This document shows positions 16,894 through 24,887 of a stretch of DNA of 64,000 bases, in pieces. Under the pieces are notes generated by a model. It did not search any database. It was not told the DNA's origin and saw only the letters and a list, made by a program, of their open reading frames with translations. The translations under genes were made by a program, and so were the position numbers. How positions within the stretch are numbered: position 1 is the first letter of the stretch; each line of letters begins with the position of its first letter. This DNA is from a virus. Lineage: Duplodnaviria; Caudoviricetes. Location of the stretch: positions 2,012 through 66,011 of the IMG/VR virus record IMGVR_UViG_3300010266_000007. One strand, 5' to 3'.

Positions 16894-16902
16894 ATCAAGC
16901 TC

Positions 16903-17250
16903 CTAATCCTCTTCCTCGTCAAAACCCTCTTCGTCATCATCTTCGATTTGAGAATCGTCAACCAACTGCTCGTCCCAATCGACCTCAATGTCAGACACAA
17001 TGGTATCAATTCTCTTGAAACCATACTTCTCGCAGAACTCTTGAGGAACACTCATAGCAAAATCAGCCCAGTTGAAATAGGAACAGTTGTACTTGTAAGT
17101 TCTCTTACCATCTGGGGTTTTGCAATAGTCGGTTGACGCTTTGCAGACAGCGTCTTTCAAATCAAACTCCGCATTCGGGACATCAAACTGAAGTGAAAGA
17201 ACGCGAACATCTAAGCCGTCACGCTCTATCGCCACCACTGTTCGCAACAT
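16903..17250 (-). CDS. Hypothetical protein with acidic tail
   Basis: 115 aa, RBS AGGAGG. Confidence 0.65.
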   Translation of the reverse strand: MLRTVVAIERDGLDVRVLSLQFDVPNAEFDLKDAVCKASTDYCKTPDGKRTYKYNCSYFNWADFAMSVPQEFCEKYGFKRIDTIVSDIEVDWDEQLVDDSQIEDDDEEGFDEEED

Positions 17251-17271
17251 ACTGTGTACCTCCTTATAAAA

Positions 17272-17628
17272 TCAGCCTTTCATCCATTCGTGTATGAATT
17301 TAATTGCCGCGCCTTCACTTTTTTGTTCTGCATTAAACTCCATATCATCGAAACCAAGCTGTTCAAAAATACATTCTGCCATAATCTGCAACGCTCCCCG
17401 AAAACCGTAGTCGGCAACCATCTGTTCCAGAGAATCATAGTATGAGGAGCAGTATGTGCAAATTTCGTCCAGAGTATAGTCCTGCAGGTCAACAACAGCC
17501 TGACATACAATATAATTCCCAAACCACTCTCTGTACTCGATGTAGCTGTATCGTGTATCCGTCACCTTTGCCATATACTGGGCGCAATCTGGGTCTGTGC
17601 AGGTATAGTTAAGCTTCAGTTTCTTCAT
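17272..17628 (-). CDS. Hypothetical protein
   Basis: 118 aa in operon. Confidence 0.65.
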   Translation of the reverse strand: MKKLKLNYTCTDPDCAQYMAKVTDTRYSYIEYREWFGNYIVCQAVVDLQDYTLDEICTYCSSYYDSLEQMVADYGFRGALQIMAECIFEQLGFDDMEFNAEQKSEGAAIKFIHEWMKG

Positions 17629-17629
17629 G

Positions 17630-17848
17630 TCAGCCGTTTACCTCGTTTACCAGCGATTCCAGCATACCTTTTAGTTCTGTGTCGTCTGGCATAATGACAT
17701 CGTAGTTGAACGGGAAGAGGCGCTTAACGCCAAGAGCCTGCTCCTTATTGGAATAGACGACCTCGGTCACCGAAACCATACACATTTCCATGTACTTCTT
17801 TGTAAGCTCGTCTTTTGTATCGCCAACGACTTTGAACCAATTGTTGAT
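17630..17848 (-). pseudogene. Probable 5'-truncated gene fragment
   Basis: Protein-like frame NNWFKVVGDTKDEL...EVNG* coupled to the next gene; no in-frame start with a good RBS before it runs into the oppositely oriented helicase gene. Confidence 0.4.
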
Positions 17849-19042
17849 GCCCGCATGGGCAGAGGTAAATCGTCTGCTGCCATTCGCTATATGAACCGGC
17901 ACAAGGACAGCAAGCGGTTTTTGTACATCACCCCATATCTGGACGAGGTCGGGCGTATCTGCGAACGCTGCGACTTTGACCAGCCGGACAGCGACCACAT
18001 GAGCAAGTCCTCCGAGCTGAAGCTCCACCTTCGTCTTGGACACAATGTTTCCGCAACGCACTCGTTGTTCTACCTGATGGACGATGAGGCGCTGAAGCTA
18101 ATCCGTGAGAAGCACTACTCTCTCATTGTAGATGAGAGTATCCAGGTGATAGAGAGGCTGAATATCACCGATAAGGATTTCGACTTGATTGTCACCCAGC
18201 TCGCTGAAGTTTTGGAAGACGGATGCATCCAGTGGAAAGATGAGGAATACACTGGGCGGTTCAGCGATTACAAGGAGATGGCAAACACCCGCTCACTATT
18301 CCGGCTGGACAATGCGCTGCTGAACATTCTCAACCCGGAACTGCTTCGTTCATTTGATGAAGTGTTCATGCTGACCTATCTTTTCAATGGGCAGTACCAG
18401 AAAGCATATCTGGATTATTTCGGATTTGACTACAAAGTCGTTGGTGTAGAGAGCGATGCCAATGGGTATCGATTCTCCGACAGACCGGATGAACCGCCGC
18501 CGCTGGATTACCACGACCTGATACATATTGTGGACAGTCCCAAGCTCAATGCTGTCGGGGACAAGACTTATACCCTGTCCAAGTCATGGTACGATAAACG
18601 GGGGTATAACAATGCCGAGATTCGTACACTGCGAAACGGCATGAAGAAGTTCTTTCAAAGTATCCCAGGCGGCGGACAGGAGACCCGACTGTGGACTTGC
18701 TATAAGAGCGATGTAAACAAGCTGGTAGACAGCAAGACCGGAAGGTTCCGAAAGAACTTTTTGCAGACCAGCGCCAGAGCGACCAATGAGTACAAAGACC
18801 GCACCGATGTGGCCTACATGGTCAACCGGTTCGCAGACCCAAACATCATTAAATTCTTCCATGCGCAGAACATCACTATTGATGCGGACGCATTCGCACT
18901 GTCTGAGATGCTGCAGTGGATATGGAGAAGCGCCATTCGTGATGACCGCCCCATCAACCTATACATACCGAGCAAGCGCATGAGAGAGCTGCTCATAAAT
19001 TGGATAGACACGACGAACGGAGGAAAGACGATTGCAGTATAA
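17840..19042 (+). CDS. SF2 helicase-like P-loop protein, N-terminus apparently clipped
   Basis: Walker A (IVD)ARMGRGKS, in which the first ATG at 17855 lies inside the P-loop; IVDES Walker B; QWIWRSAIR motif VI-like. Confidence 0.75.
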   Translation: MVDARMGRGKSSAAIRYMNRHKDSKRFLYITPYLDEVGRICERCDFDQPDSDHMSKSSELKLHLRLGHNVSATHSLFYLMDDEALKLIREKHYSLIVDESIQVIERLNITDKDFDLIVTQLAEVLEDGCIQWKDEEYTGRFSDYKEMANTRSLFRLDNALLNILNPELLRSFDEVFMLTYLFNGQYQKAYLDYFGFDYKVVGVESDANGYRFSDRPDEPPPLDYHDLIHIVDSPKLNAVGDKTYTLSKSWYDKRGYNNAEIRTLRNGMKKFFQSIPGGGQETRLWTCYKSDVNKLVDSKTGRFRKNFLQTSARATNEYKDRTDVAYMVNRFADPNIIKFFHAQNITIDADAFALSEMLQWIWRSAIRDDRPINLYIPSKRMRELLINWIDTTNGGKTIAV

Positions 19043-19205
19043 TTACCCCTATACATATGAAGAATCCGATGAGCTGCGGCTCAAACAGGAGGAGATTTTT
19101 GAGAACCCGCTTGAAAATGAAGCGGCGCTGGAACGATACATAGAGCGTGAGCGGATGCGCTTTCACAGAGAATGGTTCCAATATACAGCCGAAGATTATG
19201 AGTAA
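19032..19205 (+). CDS. Small acidic hypothetical protein (57 aa)
   Basis: TTG start after GGAGG; MQYNYPYTYEESDELRLKQEE...; below the ORF-track cutoff. Confidence 0.6.
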   Translation: MQYNYPYTYEESDELRLKQEEIFENPLENEAALERYIERERMRFHREWFQYTAEDYE

Positions 19206-19221
19206 GGCTTTTTATTTTTCT

Positions 19222-19249
19222 TATATCATAGCAATTAAATAAAATACAA
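19222..19249 (+). promoter_or_regulatory. AT-rich 28-bp motif, copy B (TATATCATAGCAATTAAATAAAATACAA)
   Basis: 24/28 identical to 2388-2415; directly upstream of the RNAP RBS. Confidence 0.5.
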
Positions 19250-19266
19250 CTGTGAGGTGAGCGAGT

Positions 19267-22011
19267 CTGGCAAAACAGTTAGTATGTCAGAAGTATATCT
19301 TCAAACTGCATAGCAGCAGATTGCGAAAGGCCAAGTGGAAGCTGACGCTGCCCATAGCGGAGGCAAGACGAAACGATGAGGTCATTTCGCTTGCAGACAG
19401 CCAGGTGCTGCGCTGGCTGGACGAGTTGAACGGGATTACCGATGCCGAGGCTAAGGCGAAGGAAATCAAGATGGAGATTCGGCGCCTGCGCAAAGAGCAG
19501 AATAGCGTGCAGAACCGCCGCCGTATCAAGCAGCTTTATGCACAGCTGGACACTATCCAGTTCAAGCCGGATTACCTGTGTGTAATCATCGACAAAGAAA
19601 AAGATTATCACCGTGCCTGCCGTGGGTTCAGCATTAACGGCATCAAGTATCAGCGCTTGTTGGGGACAAATGGCGGCGTCAAGAATGAGACGATTGTCTT
19701 TGTCAGCGAACGGCACGCAGACGAAATCCGCAGGCGCATTAACAATGGCCGCAATATGGAAAAGGCAATGGTGCCTGCCAAGCTGGAAGCCTACAATGCA
19801 TTGACCTGCAGCGCATCCATTCCTGTGTCTATGCCGCATGGCATTCTGGTAGTGAGCGACTGTGAGACGGAGTTTCTGTCCGATATCATCTACCTGAACG
19901 ATGAGGGTGATGGCGAGCCCGTGATGGAGGAGCGTAAGCAAGCGACCGTACAGCTTAAAGAATCGGACGGGTACGGTCTGATGCTGCCGTCTCTGGCAAG
20001 GCGTTGGTCAGAGGAACTTGAGCTTGACTACCTTGTCAGTGGAGTGAACACCAGATTCTCATGGGAGAAAGGCATGGTATTCACTTTTGACTTTTTGGAC
20101 TTCGCTGAGAATGTCGCTGGGACTTACATTGTCAAAGACGCATGGGGCAACGATGTGGATGTGCGGAATGTGGAGTTGATACTGACAACATCCATGCTGA
20201 AGTTGTGGGACGCCTATACCAGCTGTGACGACTATGTGCAGAACTGTATCCGCAACGGCTATACCTTCGGTGTTGCGAAGACTTGCCCGAGAGAGCTGGA
20301 GAGTGAGAGAACGCTGAACTATCAGTTCATCCAGAGCTATGAGTTGGACGATGCGGATATGGAGCAGCTTATCAAGCCGACGATGGATGAGATAAAGGAT
20401 GTGCTGTATGCCGACTGGGTAAAGACTGTTCTGTTCCTCAAGGGCGCAGGACTGAACGAAGAGAATGTCGGGTGTATGGAAAACGACTTCATAAAGGCGT
20501 TGATGATTGAACCCCATATTCTCAATGACCCCTATGTTCAGAGCAGCGTCTATCAGATGATAAAGAACCGCATCAATGAGGCTAAGGTAGGCGTGCTGAA
20601 GGTACACGGAAATTACTCCATTGTGTCCGGCGACCCCTACTCCCTCTGTCAGAACATCTTTGCTATGCCGGTGACGGGACTGCTGAAATCCGGTGAAATC
20701 TACAATCAGTACTGGTGCCGACAGGGTACGGAGAAACTGGCTTGCTATCGGGCGCCTATGACCTGCCACAATAACATTCGGCTGGTGTACCCGAACCATA
20801 GCGAGACGGCGGCCTACTGGTATCAGTACATGACGACCTGCACGATTTTCAACTCGTGGGACACGGCTGCCCATGCTTTGAATGGTATGGACAAAGACGG
20901 CGACCTCGTGATGCTGACCGATAACGATGTTCTCGTTCGTAATCTGAAAGAGCTTCCTGCCCTGATGTGTGTGCAGCGCAATGCCAAGAAGAAAATTGTT
21001 ACCGAGGCAGACTTTATTCGGGCAAATATCGACAGCTTCGGTGACGACATCGGAAAGACAACAAACTGGATTACCTCCATGTTTGATGTGCGGGCGCAAT
21101 TCAAAAAAGGTAGCAAGGAATATGAAGCGCTTGATTATCGTATCAAATGCGGGCAGCTGTTCCAGCAAAACGCCATCGACAAGGCCAAAGGAATTATTGC
21201 CAAGCCCATGCCGAGAGAGTGGCATGACCGCCACAGCGTCAACACCATTGATGACCCTGCCAAGCGCCGCTTTTATCAGAAAATCGTAGCGGACAAAAAG
21301 CCGTACTTTATGCGAATCATCTATCCCACGCTGATGAAACAGTACAATACATACATAAAGAACACCAACAAGAACGCCATGCGTGAATTCCAGATGACGG
21401 TGGACGAATTGCTGGAGCTGCCGCCTACCGAACTGAGTGACCGGCAGAAGGACTTCCTCCGTTACTACGAGTCCCGGATGCCGGTTGGCAATCACGATTG
21501 CGTGATGAACAGGATATGCCGCCGCTTTGAGCAGGAGTTTGACGGATATCTCGGACGGCACAGCGCAGAAACAGAGTTTGATTATACCGTTATGAAAAGC
21601 GGAACCGCCTATACCCGTTCGCAGTACAACGCAATTTTGAAACTGTACGAGAATTACAACCACAGGCTGCGCAGCTATGCTGTGTTTGCAAACTACGAGC
21701 GAGTAGACGAGTACGATACCTTCTCCAAGATGATGGAGATGCGTACAGAGTTTGAGCAGGAGTGCAGCAAGATTTGTTCCAACCGGTTTGCCCTGTGTGA
21801 CATCGTATTGGATATTTGCTACCGGAAAAGCTCGACAAAGCGGTTTGCATGGGAGATGTGCGGGAACGAAATCATTCGCAATCTGTTGAATAAGCATGAT
21901 GGACTGATTTCCTATCCGACTATCGACCCCGCCGGAGAAATCGTGTTTTGCGGGAACCGCTTTACCCTGAGACAAAAGAGACTGGAGGAATTCAATGAGC
22001 ATTGTTCTTAA
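19267..22011 (+). CDS. yonO: YonO-like single-chain DNA-dependent RNA polymerase (cellular RdRP-like double-psi barrel)
   Basis: Catalytic NGMDKDGD (DxDGD), SDGYGLM, YRAPMT; about 900 aa; sits upstream of HU and late genes as in SPbeta; frame open from 19261, probable CTG start at 19267. Confidence 0.85.
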   Translation: MAKQLVCQKYIFKLHSSRLRKAKWKLTLPIAEARRNDEVISLADSQVLRWLDELNGITDAEAKAKEIKMEIRRLRKEQNSVQNRRRIKQLYAQLDTIQFKPDYLCVIIDKEKDYHRACRGFSINGIKYQRLLGTNGGVKNETIVFVSERHADEIRRRINNGRNMEKAMVPAKLEAYNALTCSASIPVSMPHGILVVSDCETEFLSDIIYLNDEGDGEPVMEERKQATVQLKESDGYGLMLPSLARRWSEELELDYLVSGVNTRFSWEKGMVFTFDFLDFAENVAGTYIVKDAWGNDVDVRNVELILTTSMLKLWDAYTSCDDYVQNCIRNGYTFGVAKTCPRELESERTLNYQFIQSYELDDADMEQLIKPTMDEIKDVLYADWVKTVLFLKGAGLNEENVGCMENDFIKALMIEPHILNDPYVQSSVYQMIKNRINEAKVGVLKVHGNYSIVSGDPYSLCQNIFAMPVTGLLKSGEIYNQYWCRQGTEKLACYRAPMTCHNNIRLVYPNHSETAAYWYQYMTTCTIFNSWDTAAHALNGMDKDGDLVMLTDNDVLVRNLKELPALMCVQRNAKKKIVTEADFIRANIDSFGDDIGKTTNWITSMFDVRAQFKKGSKEYEALDYRIKCGQLFQQNAIDKAKGIIAKPMPREWHDRHSVNTIDDPAKRRFYQKIVADKKPYFMRIIYPTLMKQYNTYIKNTNKNAMREFQMTVDELLELPPTELSDRQKDFLRYYESRMPVGNHDCVMNRICRRFEQEFDGYLGRHSAETEFDYTVMKSGTAYTRSQYNAILKLYENYNHRLRSYAVFANYERVDEYDTFSKMMEMRTEFEQECSKICSNRFALCDIVLDICYRKSSTKRFAWEMCGNEIIRNLLNKHDGLISYPTIDPAGEIVFCGNRFTLRQKRLEEFNEHCS

Positions 22012-22762
22012 TGAATATGACTGGGCGGAGAGAATGCTGAACAACCATGACCTCGGCTCAAAGCCCGTGGAGACCCTTAGCCGCATTTCAAGATACTACT
22101 ATGAGAACCAGTACAGCAAAAAGGAGATTCGGCGACTGCTCGACTCCTTTATGCTGCAGTGCGACCCATCTGTTTCGCTCGTTCAGTGGTCGGACATTCT
22201 GGACAAGCTGACAAAGAACGCCGCTAAGTTTCCACTGATTCGGCTGGACGGGGTTGACATCACCGAGAACGAACTGCGAAAGATTGAGTCACTTGATGGA
22301 AAGCAGCTTCGGCGGTTGGCGTTTACGCTGTTGTGCGTTGCCAAGTACTGGGATGCTGCATCCGACAAGAACAATCACTGGGTCAACAGTTCCGACAAGG
22401 AAGTCATGCAGATGGCGAATATCAACACCTCTATCAAGCGTCAGAGCCTTATGTTTGCAGAGCTGCGCAGTGCTGGCTTTATTCGGTTTTCCAAAAAGAT
22501 TGATAATCTGAATGTGCAGGTGTGCTTTATGGAAAGCGGAAAGACAGCAATACATATTCAAGACTTCCGCAACCTCGGCTATCAGTACATGAAGTACTAT
22601 GGCGGGCAGTACTTTGAGTGTGAGAACTGTGGTCTGACTGTGAAGATGCAGGAGCCTGCAAAAGGCCGCCCGCAAAAGTATTGCCCCAACTGCGCTGTGG
22701 AACTGCACACAAGGCAGATTGTTAATTCAGTAATGCGCCGAAGACAGGCTTTGAAAAACTGA
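21995..22762 (+). CDS. Hypothetical protein with C-terminal Zn finger
   Basis: CENCG...YCPNC; overlaps the RNAP stop. Confidence 0.75.
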   Translation: MSIVLNEYDWAERMLNNHDLGSKPVETLSRISRYYYENQYSKKEIRRLLDSFMLQCDPSVSLVQWSDILDKLTKNAAKFPLIRLDGVDITENELRKIESLDGKQLRRLAFTLLCVAKYWDAASDKNNHWVNSSDKEVMQMANINTSIKRQSLMFAELRSAGFIRFSKKIDNLNVQVCFMESGKTAIHIQDFRNLGYQYMKYYGGQYFECENCGLTVKMQEPAKGRPQKYCPNCAVELHTRQIVNSVMRRRQALKN

Positions 22763-22781
22763 ATCTGTTTACAAAAAGTAC

Positions 22782-22829
22782 CCCCGTCAAACCGTTGTGC
22801 CACAAGGCAAAAGGGCGTGTTTGATGGGG
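22782..22829. other. Stem-loop in the intergenic gap before the late region
   Basis: CCCCGTCAAAC/GTTTGATGGGG 11-bp stem (one G-T) enclosing TTGTG-C-CACAA. Confidence 0.5.
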
Positions 22830-22893
22830 TGTTGTAATGAATGATAATAGCAAACCTATAAAATAAAAATTTGAAGCAAAGGATGATAGTTCA

Positions 22894-23082
22894 GTGATTG
22901 CAATTACTTTATCAGAAAAAGAGGCCATTCGTGAGAAGTTTCCCCGCGTTCACATTGTGCGCACGATGAAGAGCGACTCAAAACGGCATCATTATTATAT
23001 GGTTGAGGAGGGCGCCCCCATGAGACTGCTGCGCAGTCTGCGCGGGCAGGAGCATCCTCGTGACAAACGAAAGGGAGTGTAA
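22894..23082 (+). CDS. Small basic hypothetical protein
   Basis: 62 aa, GTG start after AAAGGA. Confidence 0.6.
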   Translation: MIAITLSEKEAIREKFPRVHIVRTMKSDSKRHHYYMVEEGAPMRLLRSLRGQEHPRDKRKGV

Positions 23083-23115
23083 GCCATAGGCACCAATACA
23101 GCAAGCTATAAAGAA

Positions 23116-24282
23116 ATGCGCGACATCGTTATGGGAAAGCTGGTTGACCACACCATAGACGATGAGTACGAGGACTTGAGCGAGCGTCTGTTTGGTGAGG
23201 GCAACTGCTTCAACTCCAGTGAAGTACGGAAACGGATGTATGGGATGCGTACCATCATCGAAGCTATCGAGCGTGACGGTGAGGCTGCCGTATGCGATGA
23301 AGAGCAGCTGTCTGCGCTGGAGACCAGACGCATTGAACTGCTCAAGGAACGGCAGAAGTTCTTTGACCAGAGGAATGCGTTTAACAAACTGATTCGTGAG
23401 CGTTCCCGCCAAGAGGAGCTTAACGAGATTCTTGTGGAAGCGGTCAAGAACGGGGACTTGCCCCGCCTTGCCTATGAGCCGTGCCATATCGAACCGTCCG
23501 ACAACGACCTGTTGGTCAGTCTTAACGATATTCATTACGGTGCGAATGTGGACAACCATTGGAATACATATAACTCAAATGTGTGCAGAGAGATGATGTG
23601 TCGGTATCTGGATAAGGTCATCTCTATCGGCGAGACGCACGGCAGTGAGAACTGTATTGTCTGGTCAAATGGTGATGCTATTAGTGGTAATATTCACCAG
23701 TCTATCGCCATCACCAACAAGGAGAATGTAATTGAGCAAATCAAGGGCGTTTCGGAACTGATTGCTGAGTTCCTTGCCGAACTGAGCAAACATTTCAAAT
23801 CCGTGGTATTTGTCAGTGTGGCGGGAAATCACAGCCGCATTACACCCAACAAGGATGATGCCTTGCTCGGTGAGCGTCTGGACGATTTGGTCGAGTGGTA
23901 TCTTGACGCACGGCTGCAGAACTTCGAGAATGTCATCATTGGCGCTGCGGAAGGAAGTTCTGCAAAAATCGACAGCACCATGTATCTTATCAATGTTCGC
24001 GGTAAGACATACTGCGGCGTTCACGGCGACTTTGATGGTTCCGCCAGCAAAGTGCAGGCGCTGCAGACAATGGCGAGAACTCCGCTGTACGCTGTACTAT
24101 CCGGGCATTTGCATCATAACAAGATTGATGAAGTGCAGGGCGTAAAGACCATCATGGCGGGAAGCTTCCTCGGCATGGATGATTACTGCGTACAGAAACG
24201 AATCTACGGGAAAGCGGAACAGATGGTATGTGTTTGCGATGTGGATGGCGTCCGCTGTTCCTACAGTGTCCCCCTTCAATAA
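23116..24282 (+). CDS. Calcineurin-like metallophosphoesterase (possible ATA start at 23086)
   Basis: SLNDIHYG, NGDAISG, AGNHSR, VHGD, SGHLHH. Confidence 0.85.
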   Translation: MRDIVMGKLVDHTIDDEYEDLSERLFGEGNCFNSSEVRKRMYGMRTIIEAIERDGEAAVCDEEQLSALETRRIELLKERQKFFDQRNAFNKLIRERSRQEELNEILVEAVKNGDLPRLAYEPCHIEPSDNDLLVSLNDIHYGANVDNHWNTYNSNVCREMMCRYLDKVISIGETHGSENCIVWSNGDAISGNIHQSIAITNKENVIEQIKGVSELIAEFLAELSKHFKSVVFVSVAGNHSRITPNKDDALLGERLDDLVEWYLDARLQNFENVIIGAAEGSSAKIDSTMYLINVRGKTYCGVHGDFDGSASKVQALQTMARTPLYAVLSGHLHHNKIDEVQGVKTIMAGSFLGMDDYCVQKRIYGKAEQMVCVCDVDGVRCSYSVPLQ

Positions 24283-24291
24283 ACAACCCGC

Positions 24292-24328
24292 GAGGGCTGC
24301 CCTGTAATGGGCAGCCCTCTTCTGATTT
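24292..24328 (+). terminator. Rho-independent terminator
   Basis: GAGGGCTGCCC-tgtaat-GGGCAGCCCTC followed by TTCTGATTT. Confidence 0.7.
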
Positions 24329-24329
24329 C

Positions 24330-24598
24330 ATTGAGACTTCGGTTCCACCTCCTACTCCGTTTCTGGAGAGGGAACGCAGTATGCCTATTACAAGGCGGGC
24401 AACTCGAAGGTGAAGAACAGAAGTGGCTCCGCTGCCAACTGGTGGATGCGTTCTCCTTGGTCTGGTAACAGCATTAGCTCTTGTTATGTCGGCAGCACCG
24501 GTAACGCCATCTATGGCTACGCCGCCACCAGTTTTGGCGTCGCTTTCGGCTTCTGCGTCTAACCCCTCCACCCCGCCGCATTTGCTTTGACGCAGAAT
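24330..24598 (+). pseudogene. Orphan copy of the DGR target 3' end (pre-VR arm, VR, IMH, 36 nt downstream)
   Basis: Colinear without indels from 24338 to 24598 with 61327-61587; in-frame TGA at 24332 and no credible start or RBS. Confidence 0.92.
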
Positions 24599-24608
24599 AT
24601 ATCTTCAT

Positions 24609-24684
24609 GGGGTCGTGGTCAAGCGGTTAAGACACCGCCCTTTCACGGCGGTAACGATGGGTTCGATTCCCTCCGACCTCACCA
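24609..24684 (+). tRNA. tRNA-Glu(TTC)
   Basis: GGGGTCG/CGACCTC acceptor, CCGCC-CTTTCAC-GGCGG anticodon arm, TTCGATT loop (one bulged T in the T-stem), encoded CCA. Confidence 0.92.
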
Positions 24685-24690
24685 TACTTT

Positions 24691-24776
24691 GGGAGAGTGG
24701 TAGAGCGGTCAATTACAGCAGACTGTAAATCTGCCGCCTTCGGGCTGCGTTGGTTCAAATCCAACCTCTCCCACCA
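24691..24776 (+). tRNA. tRNA-Tyr(GTA)
   Basis: GGGAGAG/CTCTCCC acceptor, GCAGA-CTGTAAA-TCTGC, long variable arm, encoded CCA. Confidence 0.95.
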
Positions 24777-24779
24777 TAT

Positions 24780-24855
24780 TGCGGGCAGGACAAGCGGTTA
24801 AGTCGCAGGTCTCATAAACCTTGAGGAATCGGTTCAACTCCGGTGCCCGCAACCA
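24780..24855 (+). tRNA. tRNA with CAT anticodon (initiator-like Met, atypical)
   Basis: TGCGGGC/GCCCGCA acceptor, loop CTCATAA, TTCAACT, encoded CCA. Confidence 0.85.
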
Positions 24856-24887
24856 GTTTCAATTCTACAGAAAGCGAGGTGGCTTGT

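Noticed and set aside
19032-19205. Apparent read-through or frameshift after the helicase gene
   Set aside because: On checking the frame it is an intact 57-codon ORF with its own RBS.
20059-22086. 675-aa minus-strand ORF
   Set aside because: Shadow of the RNAP gene caused by codon bias. The same applies to the long antisense ORFs over the TMP and fibre genes (e.g. 45069-46202, 57490-58587).
24422-24562. Orphan VR as an ordinary second DGR target gene
   Set aside because: No upstream ORF or start, nine non-A mismatches to the resident TR, and no downstream hairpins; reported instead as a silent cassette.
24152-24571. 139-aa minus-strand ORF similar to 61270-61560
   Set aside because: Both are antisense readings of the VR copies, so their similarity simply reflects the duplication.
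24609-24855. tRNA 3' ends as attL/attR prophage boundary
   Set aside because: No second copy of any tRNA 3' end was noticed, and phage genes continue on both sides.
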